In this document: positions 50,452 to 64,000 of the stretch, in pieces
Position numbering within the stretch: position 1 is the stretch's first letter
Layout: the number at the start of each line of letters is the position of its first letter
Source of the DNA: Lepidodermella squamata
Taxonomy: Eukaryota; Animalia; Gastrotricha
Assembly: GCA_047495785.1 (NCBI GenBank)
Contig: JBLDXI010000045.1
Span: 620,001-684,000 of the forward strand
Direction of reading: 5' to 3'
DNA length: 64,000 bases
Program-made: the position numbers and the translations under genes
Notes under the pieces: generated by a model
Told to the model about the DNA's origin: nothing
Databases searched by the model: none
Seen by the model: only the letters and a program-made list of their open reading frames with translations

Positions 50452-51416
50452 CCAATGCGGTGAATTTTGTTATAAGTAATAAACAAGTTTGACGACTCTT
50501 GCGAAAATAAAAAATGGTTGCAACACTTTATTTCATTTTCAATTTTATAGCACAAAAAATTATTGCGTGCTCCTGAAATCATTATCGTCAATATTAATAA
50601 TAATTCTTCATAATAATTGCTGTGATGTACATCATTTAGTTACAATATTTATATAATGACAATAATTTCGAATAATTTCAATTGACGATGATAATGTCGG
50701 GAAGAAGGATCCAGGGGTTTAAATTAATATTCGATGTAGTTTTTCGCAAAGAATTTTAACAACGAGAGAATACAATAAGAATTATAACAAGTATGTGTAC
50801 ATAACAACAACAATCCTCGGGCATCTCAAGTCTCGATTTCAAATAATACAACCGCAAGGGAAGGACAGGTGAGCACAGGTGCAGCTCTAAATGTAGAGTG
50901 CGGATACTCGGTGGAAGTATTGCGGAGCCAATTGAACCAGTTTTAGCGCTGAAATTATCGTTATTAATACATGCGTAGCAGATCAGATACGAAAGACAAC
51001 GAAAGGCAAACTAAATGTTTGCTCTATCTATTATTATGGTGCTACGTTTCGATAAAACAGGCGAGAAGGCCACAATCTCCGGGTAAAATTGAAGTGAAGG
51101 AGGTTAACTAGCTCAGGTCTTATTCTTGAAATCGCTCAACGCGTTGGGAACAATCATATGTCGTCAATTAGTTAAAATATAGTCACAGTAAAAACAATAG
51201 CGTTTAAAAAAACTAATGAGACAGGAATACGAATTGCGTCGCTGAAGCCAAATAAAAATATTCCAAAATGTACCCGAATAGCTTGTGCCGGATTGTAATC
51301 GAAATTTTTCATTGCTCTTAACGCTACATCTGTCGCGTCTTTTCATTGCTTTTTTAGTAGAAAAAATTAAATGTCATCATGGCAAAATCATCGACCTCAT
51401 CCGCCTACATTCAAGT

Positions 51417-54400
51417 TCATATCGTGAATTGTGGCTTTTGCCGATTGATTTGGTGCAAATAGGCGCGCACTTTTTCGGCCGATGACGCAGGGTGATCGAG
51501 TTGATAGCTATCGCCTTCTTGCGCACCCAGCATTGTCGCTTCGTAATGCCGATCTGCGGCTGATTTCGCAGTCATGCCAAACTCGTGCACAATGAACTGC
51601 CGCCGCGAGCTAGGCACACTCAGATCTGACGAGCTGTGATCCTCGCCAACAGAAGCCGAGCCGCCGCTCAGCGTTGTCGAGGCCGTAGTCGCCCCACCGC
51701 TCGCGTTTCCAGCCGCTGTGAAAACTGCGCTAACACTGGCGGGCAGCGGAGCCATGTGCCGCTTCGGACGCTTTTGACCAGATTTGTTTGTACTGCTTTG
51801 CTCAGCTCCATCAATAACCGGGCGAACTGGAGCCAACTATTTGAAAATAAATTTTAATTGTCAATTTTACTCGAAAATGATTAAACACTCACCTCTTTAC
51901 CAAACGACTTCAAACGAGGCCTTTGACCAGTGGCGAAGTTAGGTTCGGATTTTGACTTGTGAGGTGGCGCTTTGAGCGTTTGACTACCAGGCTTACCACC
52001 TCGGAGAATATCCTTACTATCGCCTTTGTGGACGACTACTTTAACACCCTTTTCGTCCTGCTTTTTGCCACTGCTGTGCCGCGTGTTCTGCGGCAGAGGG
52101 CCGAGCATAGACAGGATAACGGGTAGAAAAACGAGAGAATGCAGCGCGCATAGTACGATGGTTAACGACATCATTTTGAAGAACACGACGTAGACATAAA
52201 GAGTCGAGCTCCACATGGCCAGCACGGACATGACGGTGCCAATAGCTGTTGGAACCGTAGCCGAGCCAACGTCTCGCAGGGCACCTTCTGCCTTGGCTCG
52301 AGTTGTTTTGCCTTCGTCCATCAAATAGCCATACGTGAAATGGGCGATGAAATCAGTTGAAAACCCAACGCCGATAATGATCGTAACCATAGAAACACTG
52401 TCGAGATCGATGTTGCAATCAGCCATGAAACCGAACAGGCCAAGCACGATTGAAATCAGGCAAACGGCGAGCCAAAACATGCATGACAGGTATGGGGCCA
52501 TCACACCTGAGGTGATGAGAACGGCTGCGATTGCAATCAACACGTTGTACATGCAGTTGTAGATAATTGACGCGTGTTGTTCGTAAATAATAAAATCGAG
52601 CGAGAAGGCTGCTATAGGACATAATCGGAAGCCTGCGATCAACGTTCGCATCTCCAGCAGTAACGACCTTTCGTGGTCAGGGCTTGACAAGTTTTTACCA
52701 ACAACCCAGCTAAAAACAAAAAACGATTCTATCATTGCAAATAGGCTATTCAAAGGGACATTACCCTCTAGAGCGGAGAACAGCTGTTTCATTCCAATTC
52801 CAGATTAGATCAGTGCCATAGGATTCGTACTTGGGCATGTTGAGGAATTTCGTGCGAAGCAGGTAGTAAAATTCGTCGTTTCGTGTCATTCCAACCGGGT
52901 AAGGCGTTGTTGTGCCGTTGATATTACCGTCGAGTAACACGTTCGTACCCCTATCAGATATCCAGTCGTGGTACAGAGGAAGGTAGTCAAGAAGCCAGTA
53001 TCGGGTGACCTCGCGATCCCACATGTACTTGGAAGATTCGAGTTTTTGAAACAATTCCTCAAGCTCTTCTTGCACGGCCGGATTAGCGTAGTCGAGTGGT
53101 TCAGTGAAAATAACCGGAATCTGGGGCCAATAAGACCGGAAATGGCCTCGAATTTTCAAATACCTAGGAAAAAAATAAATTTATTAAAATAAATTAAAAA
53201 AATCAAGCCACGTACCAATAGTAAGAAGTCGACTCGCGCGGGAAAAGATTTTCAGCTCTGAAACCAACTTCCAACTGTTTGATGCCGAATCCGACTCGAA
53301 CAAGATAGCCCACGTACAGCAGAAAGACAATGAATTTGCCGGCCCGAGAGAGCAGAGCTGGATTGTAACGATTGGCGAAGAAATCTGATATGGCCGAGGA
53401 ATCGGTTTCGGCGCTGTTGTCAAACCTAGGTTCCGGTTGCTTGGGCTTCGAAGCCTTTTTACTGCTAGACACAGGCTCGATGTCGATGCCGGCTGACGAG
53501 GAGCGCGACGTTGACGGTGACGTAGTCGGTGGTGTGAGCGAAAGCGGGGATGCGATTGTCGTAGTGGCGGTTTCGCTTTTTATCAACGGATCAGCGTCGG
53601 TGATATGCCGCGAGCCGCAAAAAATAGCCTCACAGACTGAATTTTTTACTGGAAAATTGAAAAAAAAACAGCTCAAAATTCGGTCATTTAATGAAAAATT
53701 AGAGACTTACCACTAATCATCGGTTGAGTAACTTTGACACAGGGCACGAGCGAATGGCGATTCGAGGCTTCGAGCCGGCCGAACAGCACGAGGCATGCGC
53801 AGAATAGAGTGAGTTGAAAGCAAAAATCCAGACACATGGCAGCCGTTGTGAAAACACTCAGCTTTTGAATGGCCGGGTATGGCATATAGGTGCCGATGAT
53901 GAAGCCGATCATGTTCGTCAGAAACGTGATGAAAATCGACGTGCCAGATTCGCGAAGCGTTTCTTCCATTCGCCGCCACACAGGCAAACGGCGGTCGGTT
54001 AGACGCCAGCCGGCCAGCAGGACGTGCATGTCATCAAGGCCAACAGCCAGGGCGAGGAAGGGCGTGGCAATAGCTATAGTAACAAAGGGCTGCTCGAGCC
54101 AGGCCATCAGCCCAAACGAGGCGAAAATCGCGAATCCGGTAATGACGATGCCGAGAAAGCCGAGAACTGGCTTCGAACTGACAGAATCACCCCAAAGTGT
54201 GGCGACCATCGAAAAGAAAGCCAGCGCAACTAGGGTAAGAATAAATAGGGGGATGAGTTTCAACGCCGTTGCGACAATTGTGGTTTCGGAGCGTTTATTG
54301 CTGTGCCAGTACAAGTCGAAAACGTGGTTCTTCTTAGACTCAGCTTTCAGGATTCGGTCGAAGGCGTTGTCCCAATTATCAGGCGCTACGTTCTCGCCAA

Positions 54401-55202
54401 GATCGAAACAGGCTAGGTAGACCTCTCGCAGCACGCCGACCGATTCAACAATACCCCAGCTACCAACAGGTGCCGAAATATTCGAGGCGGGTAGTAAGGC
54501 CGCGAAGGGATCCTCCTCAATACTTTTGTTACGAGGCGCGCGGAAAATTACCTCGGACAAAGTTGCGGCGATAAAATGGCCGTGGTAGTAAGGATAGGTC
54601 AATTCGACGCCGGTTTCGATAATCGACGCCTCCATGAAGTCGGAAAACGCCGGGTCGCTCGCCATAGCTGGGTCCATGTTGAGCAAATCGCGAAGTTGCG
54701 GGACAAATGTGGCGAAAAGCCGCATGGTCGGCCCGAAACACGCGTTATTCACGCGCAGGCAAGTCTGGTTGTAGGTGAATTTCACCCCTGGCACGCTCGA
54801 CTCAACCTCCTCGGCCCACAGTTGGTTTTCAACGGTCAAAATATCGACGAGACTTTTCAGCGTGAATAGATTGACGCCCGGTTTCGCCACGAACACAATT
54901 TCACCGTACCGGCAATTGGTTTCGTTGCCGTTATCTGTTGGTAAGGCGCCGGAGCTTTTGACCTCTTCGAACTGTTTCAGGATGACGCGGTCTTTCAGCG
55001 CCTGGCTGTCTTGCGGGGTGAAGTCTTCCATTTCGAGCGAGATCACCTTGAGCCGGTTGATGCCTGACGAGAGGAAGATGCCGAAAGCCGTAACTACGAA
55101 CAGGACGATGTAGGGATGGTGGCTGATGAAGCGGCCGTACGCCGCAAAGGTGTTCGCTATAAAATGCGAAATGAAGTCGTGTCGAACAGGACATCTTGAC
55201 AT
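51417..55202 (-). CDS. Patched domain-containing / patched-related (PTR, PTCHD3-like) sterol-sensing protein, 5 exons
   Basis: YGRFISHHP TM1, SSD with PFLALAVGLDDM (GxxxDD), ESGTSIFITFLTN, second half GVGFSTDFIAH and FFKMM..HSLVFLPVILS. Confidence 0.9.
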
Positions 55203-58140
55203 CTTCACGATAAGATTTGCGTCTTCGCACGCTACATGAAGAAAACGAAGAAGAAACGAATCAGTTAAAACGGCCCATCTCGATTTAAAACAGCAGAAAA
55301 ACGTTTCTATAATATGTGTATACAATATAATAACAAAATTTGAGCAGGTATTTTGGCTAATTACGCAAGATATGCGCGGTGTTTGTACAATTAAGGTGGC
55401 CCACTAGGGGTGCGGCGGTCTATTAGTTGACATTTGGCACCTAGGAGGCGAACGGCGAGCAAATACTTAATTTACTCACAAACACAGACGGTGCCCGGTG
55501 ATTTTTCGAGTGCCTCGGTGTCGTGTGACCTTGGGAATGGTATGGTAATAACACTATCACGTTTTTGGTGAATAACAATGGACCTAGAGATATTAGTTGG
55601 CAGGATGACAATAAAAACGAACCTTATTAAAAGCGAATATCACAACAAGCACCGGAAGTCTTAAGGCGGCAGCTCGCGTGTCGGTGTCGATGAGAATATT
55701 ATACCGGCCGACGCTGATTCAATGTTTCTATAACAAGTAAGTAAGCGGTGAAAGAATAAAAAGGCGATGGTAAGAAACGATTGGCCTTCTAAATTTCTCG
55801 AATGATGTAAGATGTAAGCGTTACCTTTCTGTTCGTCGCGTTTCGCGCGCGCGCTTGGATCGGCAAAGGGTGACGGATGTGCGTGAAAGGAGGTTCGTGA
55901 CCTTGCGACGAAAGCGGCAGTGAACGACGGCAATAACAACAATAAAACCGGTTCAATAATTAAAAGCAGTTTTCTATGTTTTCAGTGTTTCTTGTTGCAA
56001 CAGAGCTCTAGTGCGTTTTGTACGATAATAACGTGACTGTTATGATGTCTTGAGAGAATAGAAATCGTGTGCCTGTTTACATGAACGAGCGAGCTTTCAA
56101 ACGTTGCAAAGCTATTGCAACAGCAGGAGGTTTAAGATTTTGAATACAAAGCGCGCGCGCCACAAATCGTTTTCAATGCGACACCCGAGAAGAGCACGCG
56201 CGGCGAAAAGACGACGACCGATTTCGAGCGAGCGAACGAACGAACGAACAAACGCTGCCAAAGTGCAGCTCATTTAGGCGACGGCGTTGCGTAATCGCAA
56301 CGATTCATAATACAAAGGCATTGCAGATGAGTGTGACACATCGCCTTATAAATAGGATAATCATTGAATTTTACGAAAAAAGACACTACATGGCGGCACC
56401 TGATGACTCCTCAAAGCCTAATCTGCCGCTAAGGCGACTGGTGTTTGCATGATGAAATTCTGCTAAGACTGAATTAGCTCAATTTCTGACCTCCTTTGCG
56501 GACACGTGAGACCGAGGTCTCGAAAGATTGAAAGGCGTGGTAGGGCAATTTTTTTTAGGAATTTTACTGCCATGCATGGCAGATGATGAGGTCTCGGTTA
56601 CACAGGATTAACGGGTAACCAGACAGATGGATTAGCCTAGATGGCACTTGAGCCGTCGGTTTCTGAGATGACCAGACTACTTGGAGAGCGGTTTACGTCT
56701 CCTCGGATGTGTGCTGAAGGCTGGCCAACATCGGGAGAAGGGCGGGGTGACATGAGGACACATGTGCAGGGTAAACGTTGGCCCCATATGCCGTCGTGTA
56801 TCTATCACACGATAATCCCGAGTAGGTATGGATATATATTATTATAATAATGGACAGTGCAAAATCCGTTGTCTGTGTCTGACTGCCGAGGTGGCGGATG
56901 AGAGCCAATAGTAATAATGATGGTAATAATAAAAACATCGGGCAGCGAGTCACGCACGATTTTTGCCCGCCGTCCAGCCGATTCATGAGCCATCAGCGTT
57001 GCCGACACGACGCGCCGTGCACCTGTACTACCGTGTTTGCGCTCACACATGTATGCGTTCCAGCGCGCCCGAAAACCGCGACGGCGGCGACAAGACAACA
57101 GTAGCGTCTTGCTGTTCGGATCACTAACTATAAAACAAACCAATGCTGCCGCTGCTGCTCTGCCGATACCGTACCGTACCGTACCCCGGCAGAGAGTGGG
57201 TCTAACGATACCTACCGGTCGTTATAACTGGACCCTCTTGGCAATAACTACCACATTATTGTTATTTGTACAAACAATAGGCATCACGTTCAGAGCTGCG
57301 TCGTTTGGTTGGAACAAATTCACCGAAGCAATAAAAAGTAGGGTTGACGGTAAAAAGAAGGCACGATATAGTGTCCTTATTGTTTCTTTCGCTCTCCCGA
57401 CATCACTGTCAACAAATTGGCCGTGACTCATCGTTATTATTAGTACTGCTACTCGCTGTCTTTATTACCGCTCCCGCCTTTTCCGCGCTTTGTTTAAAGC
57501 GACGCTGAGCACAACGTTTCAACATAAACAACCACAATCATTCTCGGCTCGTTGCTAATAACGGCTTGTCTACTGGCCAAACGGAAAAATCTGCTGGCCG
57601 CGCGAGTCGGTAAAAAGAGCGCGCATCGCCACCACCCAGTTCTTTCCCTGCCACGACGTGACTCCGCGCTACTATTTACACTACATAATTAGGCCACTTT
57701 TTGTCAATGATATCGCTCAGGAAAAAACACCGTTAATTAGCGCCACTTCAGGCATTGTCTCCTCCCGAGTCCTCACGGAAATGGGATTAAAAACAACAAA
57801 AACAACAACAGGAAAATAACCGCAGGAAAAACAAAAAACCGCACGGTAATTAAGGTGCTTTATTAATACGTTGGCATTATCTGAATGTAATATGCACATT
57901 GTTCTGGTTGCACAGGTTTAATAAAGATTGAATAAATCAAAAACAAAAACAATAATCTCTCTTTCTACCTCGTGTCAAACACAACCAAAATATGTTTTTA
58001 ATATTGGTTGATCAATTCTATAGTAATTCAAGCACCAGAACTGGAAAAATCACCACCACCTTTATTATAATTAGAGCAAATTGGAAGCCACAAAATTAGT
58101 TTCATTGAGTCATTTTTAAGATTTTAGTCCAATTGTAAGC

Positions 58141-61100
58141 TTAACTGAGTCCAAGAATTCGACCAGACTCCAAATCCAGGTCGATATCAAAAAAGCATGG
58201 ACGAGTTGGCAGTCCAGGCATTGTGCTGATCTGAAATTCAAAATACGATGAAAAATTAGCGATTCAAAAAAATCAGACAATTAGTTTCCACGTTCAATCA
58301 TTTATTTCATAGTAAAAAACGCAAAGCTCTAATATATTTTAAGGCGGCCGAGGGTTGAAATCGAAAGGCCTTATCAATAGTTTTTTGGCGGAAAATCTTC
58401 TCAGCTTTTGAATAGGTATGAAAATAACGCGAGCCGTTCTGCATATCGAGACATCAAAAAAATCAAGTAAATTACGGGAAAATTGAAAAAAATCGACAAG
58501 TAATAAAAAAAATAGCTCACCGTTCCAGTTAGAGGGAAAACGAAACCAGCTCCAGCGGAAACTCGAACATCACGAATCGGGAGCGTGAAACCAGTCGGGC
58601 AGCCCTTCAAAGCCGGATCATGGCTGAGTGAGAGATGAGTTTTAGCCATGCAAATCGGAAGGCCGCCGAATCCTTGCTTGGTATACAGCGCAATTTTACG
58701 CTTCGCCTCCTCACTATATTCAACACCCGCCGCGCCGTAGATTTTACTGGCGACGGCGAATATTTTCTCCTCCAGGCTAATATCAAGCGGGTACAAGAAT
58801 TGGAAATTGTTCGCAGAACGTGTCGCGCGTTCGACGGCTTCGGCCAACGCGGTAGCGCCTTTGCCACCCTCGGCCCAGTTATTCGCGACAACAGCGTCGA
58901 AAGCCCCGGCCTCGAGGGCGTGTTTACGCATGATAGCCAACTCGGCGTCGGTATCGGTTTTGAAGCGATTGAGCGAGACGACTACTGGCACTCCGAAGCT
59001 CAGCGCGTTTTGAATTTGTTTCCGCATATTGACGCAGCCTTTTTCGACCAGCTCGAGGTTTTCGGTTTCGTACTCGACCGGAATCGGCGTGCCCGGGGTG
59101 ACAGACGGGCCGCCACCGTGCATTTTCAAAGCGCGGCATGTTGCGACCAGGACAACGCCGGATGGCTTCAGGCCGGAATAACGGCACTTGATGTCCATGA
59201 ATTTTTCCATGCCGATGTCGGCTCCGAAACCAGCTTCAGTGAAAACGAAGCCGTTCTCCCCGACTAGGCGGAGGGCGATGTTATCGGCCACAATCGATGA
59301 GTTTCCGTGCGCGATGTTGGCAAAAGGTCCAGCGTGAACGAAAACAGGCGTTCCTTCCAAAGTCTGAAAAATGAAGAAAAAAATATAAATTAAAGATTGT
59401 CTTAATATTTTAGCCAAAATAAAAGAAAATCGACTCGGCTAAGATATCGAAAAATTCAGATTTAGGTTTGAGTTTGTCCGAATCCAGTTCAATTTGAGTT
59501 CGCCATCTATTGGAAAACATGAGGTTCTCCATAATAACGGAGAATTTTCAACTTTTCAGAATTTTACTCTTTTGTGGTTGTAAATTTCAACAAGGCTTCC
59601 CAAATAACATTTCTTTTCGTGTCACAAATCACTGAAACTCATTGCTAGCTTCAACTAACACCCTAAACATATTCTGGCAGTCTTGACACAGTTACACCTG
59701 TTCCCTTGGAATTTCTTTTTGGCACAAAGCTAAATTCCCAGAAGTGCCCCCATTAATCTTCGTTGGTCTCTACCTCCCAGATGGCGTTTTCTGTCCCGGA
59801 ATGGCATACGTTGCTTTCAGCATAGCAAAATCATAGCAAACAACTGCTGACTGGGGCGCCGATGGTAAAGAATTAGCAGGCCCCAGTCAGCAGTCGATGA
59901 AGAACCGCTCGACCTTACCAAGCGGACGCAAATTCTCGACCAGCTTTCCGCGTCTAGTCTACCGCTAACTGCCAAAACTGCATCCGGGCTAGAAAACGCC
60001 AAACTCAAACCGCTCGCCTCGCAACTGCCACAGAGGAGTTCGCATTAGTCGCTCTGAAGCACCTGGCGAAAGACGACCCTAAGCCGCCGAAGCGTAAGTC
60101 GGGCCCTAAACCTGAAAGTGCAACTGTCGCGGCGAAGAAACGAAAGCCTGCGGTTTCGAGCAGCGATGAAGAGGACGCAGACGGTGCGGATGGGCTGCCC
60201 GATGCCGCGGATCCGAAATACGACTGGCTGGATAATTTCGTTGACAATTTCATCAACTCGAAATAGTTGTTATGTGGGATTTTTTCAATTTGTGTATCGG
60301 CGTGAATTTCCGACTGTAACCACTTGTTTTCATATTCAGGTGAAACTGTTTGACGCCAGTAGTGGCCTGCTAACAGGTCTGACTAGATTGTGCTGGGCGT
60401 ATACGACAGACTATTACACTACTGCTGCACCTCTCTATTGTTATGTGGCATTTAGTAGAGTCTAATAAAACTAATATTGCTCATTCGTGCCTCTTGTCAC
60501 GTTGACAGGTAGAGTCGCCCTGCCTTTGGGCAGAAGCACAACTCACTGTACCAACAGGGAGTGGGAACTTCCAGAGTCGGGAGTTCCAAGCCAGTTTGAC
60601 GGCTTTCCCCAACCGTTCGATCCCGAATCCGAAGGCGGACGTGCTACCGGCCAACACGCCTGGTGGATGACAATCTGGTCCGAGAAACGGAGAGTACCCT
60701 TCTTCCGCCTCGAACCAGAAAAGCGCTATTCTTTAGAAAACATGTCTTTTGCGTGTCATACTATGGTTATGCGCCTGTTAGTAACTAGTAATCAATCAAA
60801 AGGAGAAACAGCGCACCGATCAACTTCATCGACGTAAAATAAGACGAGCCAGGTCAAGTGGACGAAGCCGGCAGAAATCCCGGAAAAATGTGGAAAGTCA
60901 TTGAAAATTTTAGACCTAACAAAGGGCTCGAATATTTCTCATCTCAATGCCGACAAAACGACTGCGAAAGCCAACGAATTCAGCAACTATCTTGTTGGAT
61001 TAGGCAGAAAAGCTCCCGAGTCAATCTATACGCCTCAAAATACTGATTGATCATTTTCGACTCAAAGCCAGTCCTTACGACGCGGTTGGGAATTACCGAC

Positions 61101-63791
61101 CGATTTCAATTATATCTCCTGTTTTCGTACTTTCGATGAACGATGCCTTTCAGTTCAAATGAAGAAATATCTACGTAAAATTCAGTTCCTCTCGGCTTCT
61201 CAATTCGGCTTTAGGAAATATCATTCAACCGAGACTTGCCTTGCGAAAATAACCGTGCTATGAACAAGGGTCAAGGCATTTTCTCGCCGAAGATCGTCTC
61301 AAATGAGGAGCTCCATCGCATCTGCAAATGCCGGCCAATATCAGACTCCGCCGACTGAGCTGGCTAGGACGTGTACTGCGGATGGACGTCACGCATCTCC
61401 CCGACTTGCCCTTCGGTGGACGCCATGGACGCGCAGGTATTGACGAAGCTGCCATAGATATGTTGACTAGCTATCTTTCTGACCACCAAAATGACCAAAA
61501 AATCACCAAAATTAATGGAAAATGTTCTGAGACTGCCACCGTGGACCTCAAGGTTCTGTTTCAGGGCCTTTGATGTTCACGATTAAGGTCAATGAAATAA
61601 CCCCATCAAATAACCCAACTCGGAAGCATAATTGCAATACTTACCTGCATGAGGGTTGGCCTGATGGTGTCCTTCATCAAAACGGTGAGAGCACCTGCAA
61701 CACTCAGGTCCTCGGCAGTGACCGGGTTGCCCTGAGAATCAGCCGCAACGACGATTCGACCAATGCGCTCACGCATGTCCTTCAAATCACGCGACAGCGC
61801 CAGGATAGCCATCAGCTCACTGCCAACGCTGATATCGTACTGGCAATCGCGTTCGTGACCCTTTTCCGTATCAGCGAGACCAATCTTGATTTTACGCAGG
61901 AATCGATCATTAATATCAACGACTGTAACAAAATTGTATAAGATGGATCTGGACTCAATTCGGAATTCTCACCTCTTTGCCAGGTAATTGTAGATTTATC
62001 AATATCAAGTCGAGCGAATTTTTTAATCTCCTCAGGAGTTAGCTCACTCGGCTCGGTTTTGTTGATGCCAAATTTCTTCAACCGTTGCAACTGGCTTCCA
62101 ACAAAAACTCGCTTCCCCTTTGTTGAAGGAACGAGACGGTTAAACAACGCAGTATCACTCTGAGTAGCTTCGTGCAACATCCTGGCTTCAATCGCGGCTG
62201 ATAGCAGGTTATTAGCCGCGGAAATCGCGTGGATATCGCCAGTCAAATGCAGGTTGAACTCCTCCATCGGAATAACCTGCGAGTAACCACCTCCAGCAGC
62301 GCCGCCTTTAATGCCGAAAGTCGGGCCCATCGACGGCTGGCGGATGCAGGAGAAAGTGTTGCGTTTAACGTGGATACCCATCGCCTGGGAAATACCGATC
62401 GTTGTCGTTGATTTACCCTCACCAAGCGGGGTAGGCGTGATACCCGTGACCACGATATATTTACCGAGCGGACGGTCCTTCAACCGATCAAGCACGTCCA
62501 AGGTAACCTTCGCCTTGGTTCGGCCGTATAACTCAACCTCAGACGGTAGGAGACCGATTTCGTGCGAAAGTGAGGCAATATCCTTCGGCACATGAGCTTG
62601 AGCAATGTCGATGTCGCTCGGTACAGGGTGCTTCATTTTCAGCGACAGCGGGGTGATTGTCCACTGCGCCTCACGCACAGTTTTCGCCCACTTCGCAGCC
62701 TGTTCCACGGTGTTACGAAGCAACATAGCGACCGTCATCGGGCCGACGCCGCCCGGTACCGGGGTGATGAAGCCAGCGACTTTGGATGCTGACTCAAAGT
62801 GAACATCGCCGCAGAGTCGCTGTCCGGAGGCTTTTGTCGCGTCAGGGATTGAGTTGATACCGCAATCAATGACAACGGCTCCGCTTTTGAGCCAGGAACC
62901 TTCGACAAAATTAGCCTTGCCGATTGCGACAACAACGATGTCACCCTGCCGAACCTAAAAGAACAAAAATTGTATAAACAATAAAATTAAAATTTTAAAA
63001 ATTAAATTGAAATTGAAAATGAATTTGAAAAATTTCAAATTTTTTTAAATTTGCGCTTAGGCAAAAATTAAGGAACTCACCACATCGGGCAGGTTATCCG
63101 TCTTGGAGTGGCAGACAGTAACAGTAGCATGGTTCCACTTGAGCAGCTCAGCCATGGGCGTGCCAACGATACGACTCCTGCCAACCACAACCGCCAACTT
63201 GCCCTGAATCGACACACCCGACGATTTGATCAGTTCGAGGCAGCCGCGAGGTGTGCATGGAATAACGCAGCCTCCCATTTCTCCAGTGGCCAAGCAACCA
63301 GCGTTGAGATCAGACAAGCCATCGACATCCTTTTCGGGGCAAATCTTGTTAATAGCGTTATGGCTGTCAATGGTGTTCGTTGAATCAAGCGGCAGTTGCA
63401 CGATAATGCCATGGAAATTCGTGTCATTATTCAATTTCTCGATCAAATTCAACAGCTATAAAAAAATATCGAATTACTCCAAATTACATGTGGTCAAGAA
63501 ACGAACATCAGCTTCAGTGGTTTCTTTCGGAAGTTTGAAATGTTCAGCACGCATACCAGCTTCATTGGCATTTTTAATTTTGGCTCCAATGTAGACTTTC
63601 GAGTCCTCACGATCGCCAACTTGGACAATCGCTAGACCAGGCGTAACACCAAATTTTTCCTTACAATCGGCAACTTTCGTCTTCAAGTCGGCCAAAATCG
63701 AACTAAAACGACGATTTTAATTCATTATAAGACTCAAATTCACAATGGTTAATTACCCAGCCACTTCTTTCCCGTTGATGAGTTTGGCCAT
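58141..63791 (-). CDS. MTHFD1: Trifunctional C1-tetrahydrofolate synthase (dehydrogenase/cyclohydrolase/synthetase)
   Basis: [85 protein letters not shown] and [11 protein letters not shown]. Confidence 0.95.
59880..60268 (+). pseudogene. Decayed coding fragment antisense within the MTHFD1 intron
   Basis: An open frame from about 59958 to 60268 ([40 protein letters not shown]) with no ATG, a frameshifted upstream part (EEPLDLTKR), and AATAAA near 60464. Confidence 0.35.
60560..61620 (+). mobile_element. Decayed mosaic of non-LTR retrotransposon fragments in MTHFD1 intron 59364-61644
   Basis: LINE RT-region fragments [23 protein letters not shown] and [15 protein letters not shown], plus RTE-like [21 protein letters not shown]. 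Many frameshifts and deletions. Confidence 0.75.
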
Positions 63792-64000
63792 TTCTTGAAA
63801 TCGAACAGTGAAAAATCAACGACAAAAACTCTAAAATATTCACGATTACTTGATATAACCCTGGTCGCTGAGAAGCTTGACAGAAATGAAAACATCGGAA
63901 TATTCACCGACTTGAACTTTTTAAGCAACAAACCCTCCACCTCAATGTAAAAGACTTACTTGATTATCAAGCCAAATCGATAATCCGCCGATGTTCAAAT

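Noticed and set aside
56400-56670. TGATGA...CTGA pairs resembling C/D-box snoRNAs
   Set aside because: No convincing terminal stem or rRNA guide, and not inside a sense-strand host intron.
56225-57190. Short tandem repeats (CGAA)n and (ACCGT)n
   Set aside because: Only 3-4 units with no spacers. These are ordinary microsatellites, not an array.
1-64000. Prokaryotic systems (CRISPR, defence islands), tRNA, rRNA or SL RNA genes
   Set aside because: The sequence is intron-rich animal DNA. No repeat-spacer array or structured RNA gene was recognised by eye, and Infernal/tRNAscan would be needed to exclude RNA genes.

Overview
Eukaryotic DNA from a compact-genome invertebrate animal: gene-dense, mostly 45-57 nt GT-AG introns, and CpG not visibly depleted. 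The ORF track is fragmented by introns, so I rebuilt gene models by hand from splice sites and reading phase. Genes in order: CCDC157 (5' part), TOGARAM1/crescerin, an EB-module GPI-type protein, a cluster of four small secreted-protein genes, an MFHAS1-like LRR-ROC-COR protein, a stand-alone AMPK-beta-type CBM48 protein, a 9xCUB/2xFA58C mucin-like protein, BRIX1, a small orphan ORF, TPR, JKAMP, an RNI-like LRR protein with an X-box, a Patched-related protein and MTHFD1. Best leads: (1) a 4-exon, internally deleted piggyBac-derived gene nested antisense in a TOGARAM1 intron; (2) the secreted cluster, where Kunitz proteins with non-canonical cysteine spacing, one with a poly-Asp tail, sit next to an orphan Arg/Lys-rich secreted protein of similar opposite charge; (3) an upstream MTHFD1 exon adding a probable mitochondrial presequence; (4) tightly packed, operon-like gene runs. 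No rRNA, tRNA or CRISPR was recognised. Homology calls come from motif recognition, not database searches.
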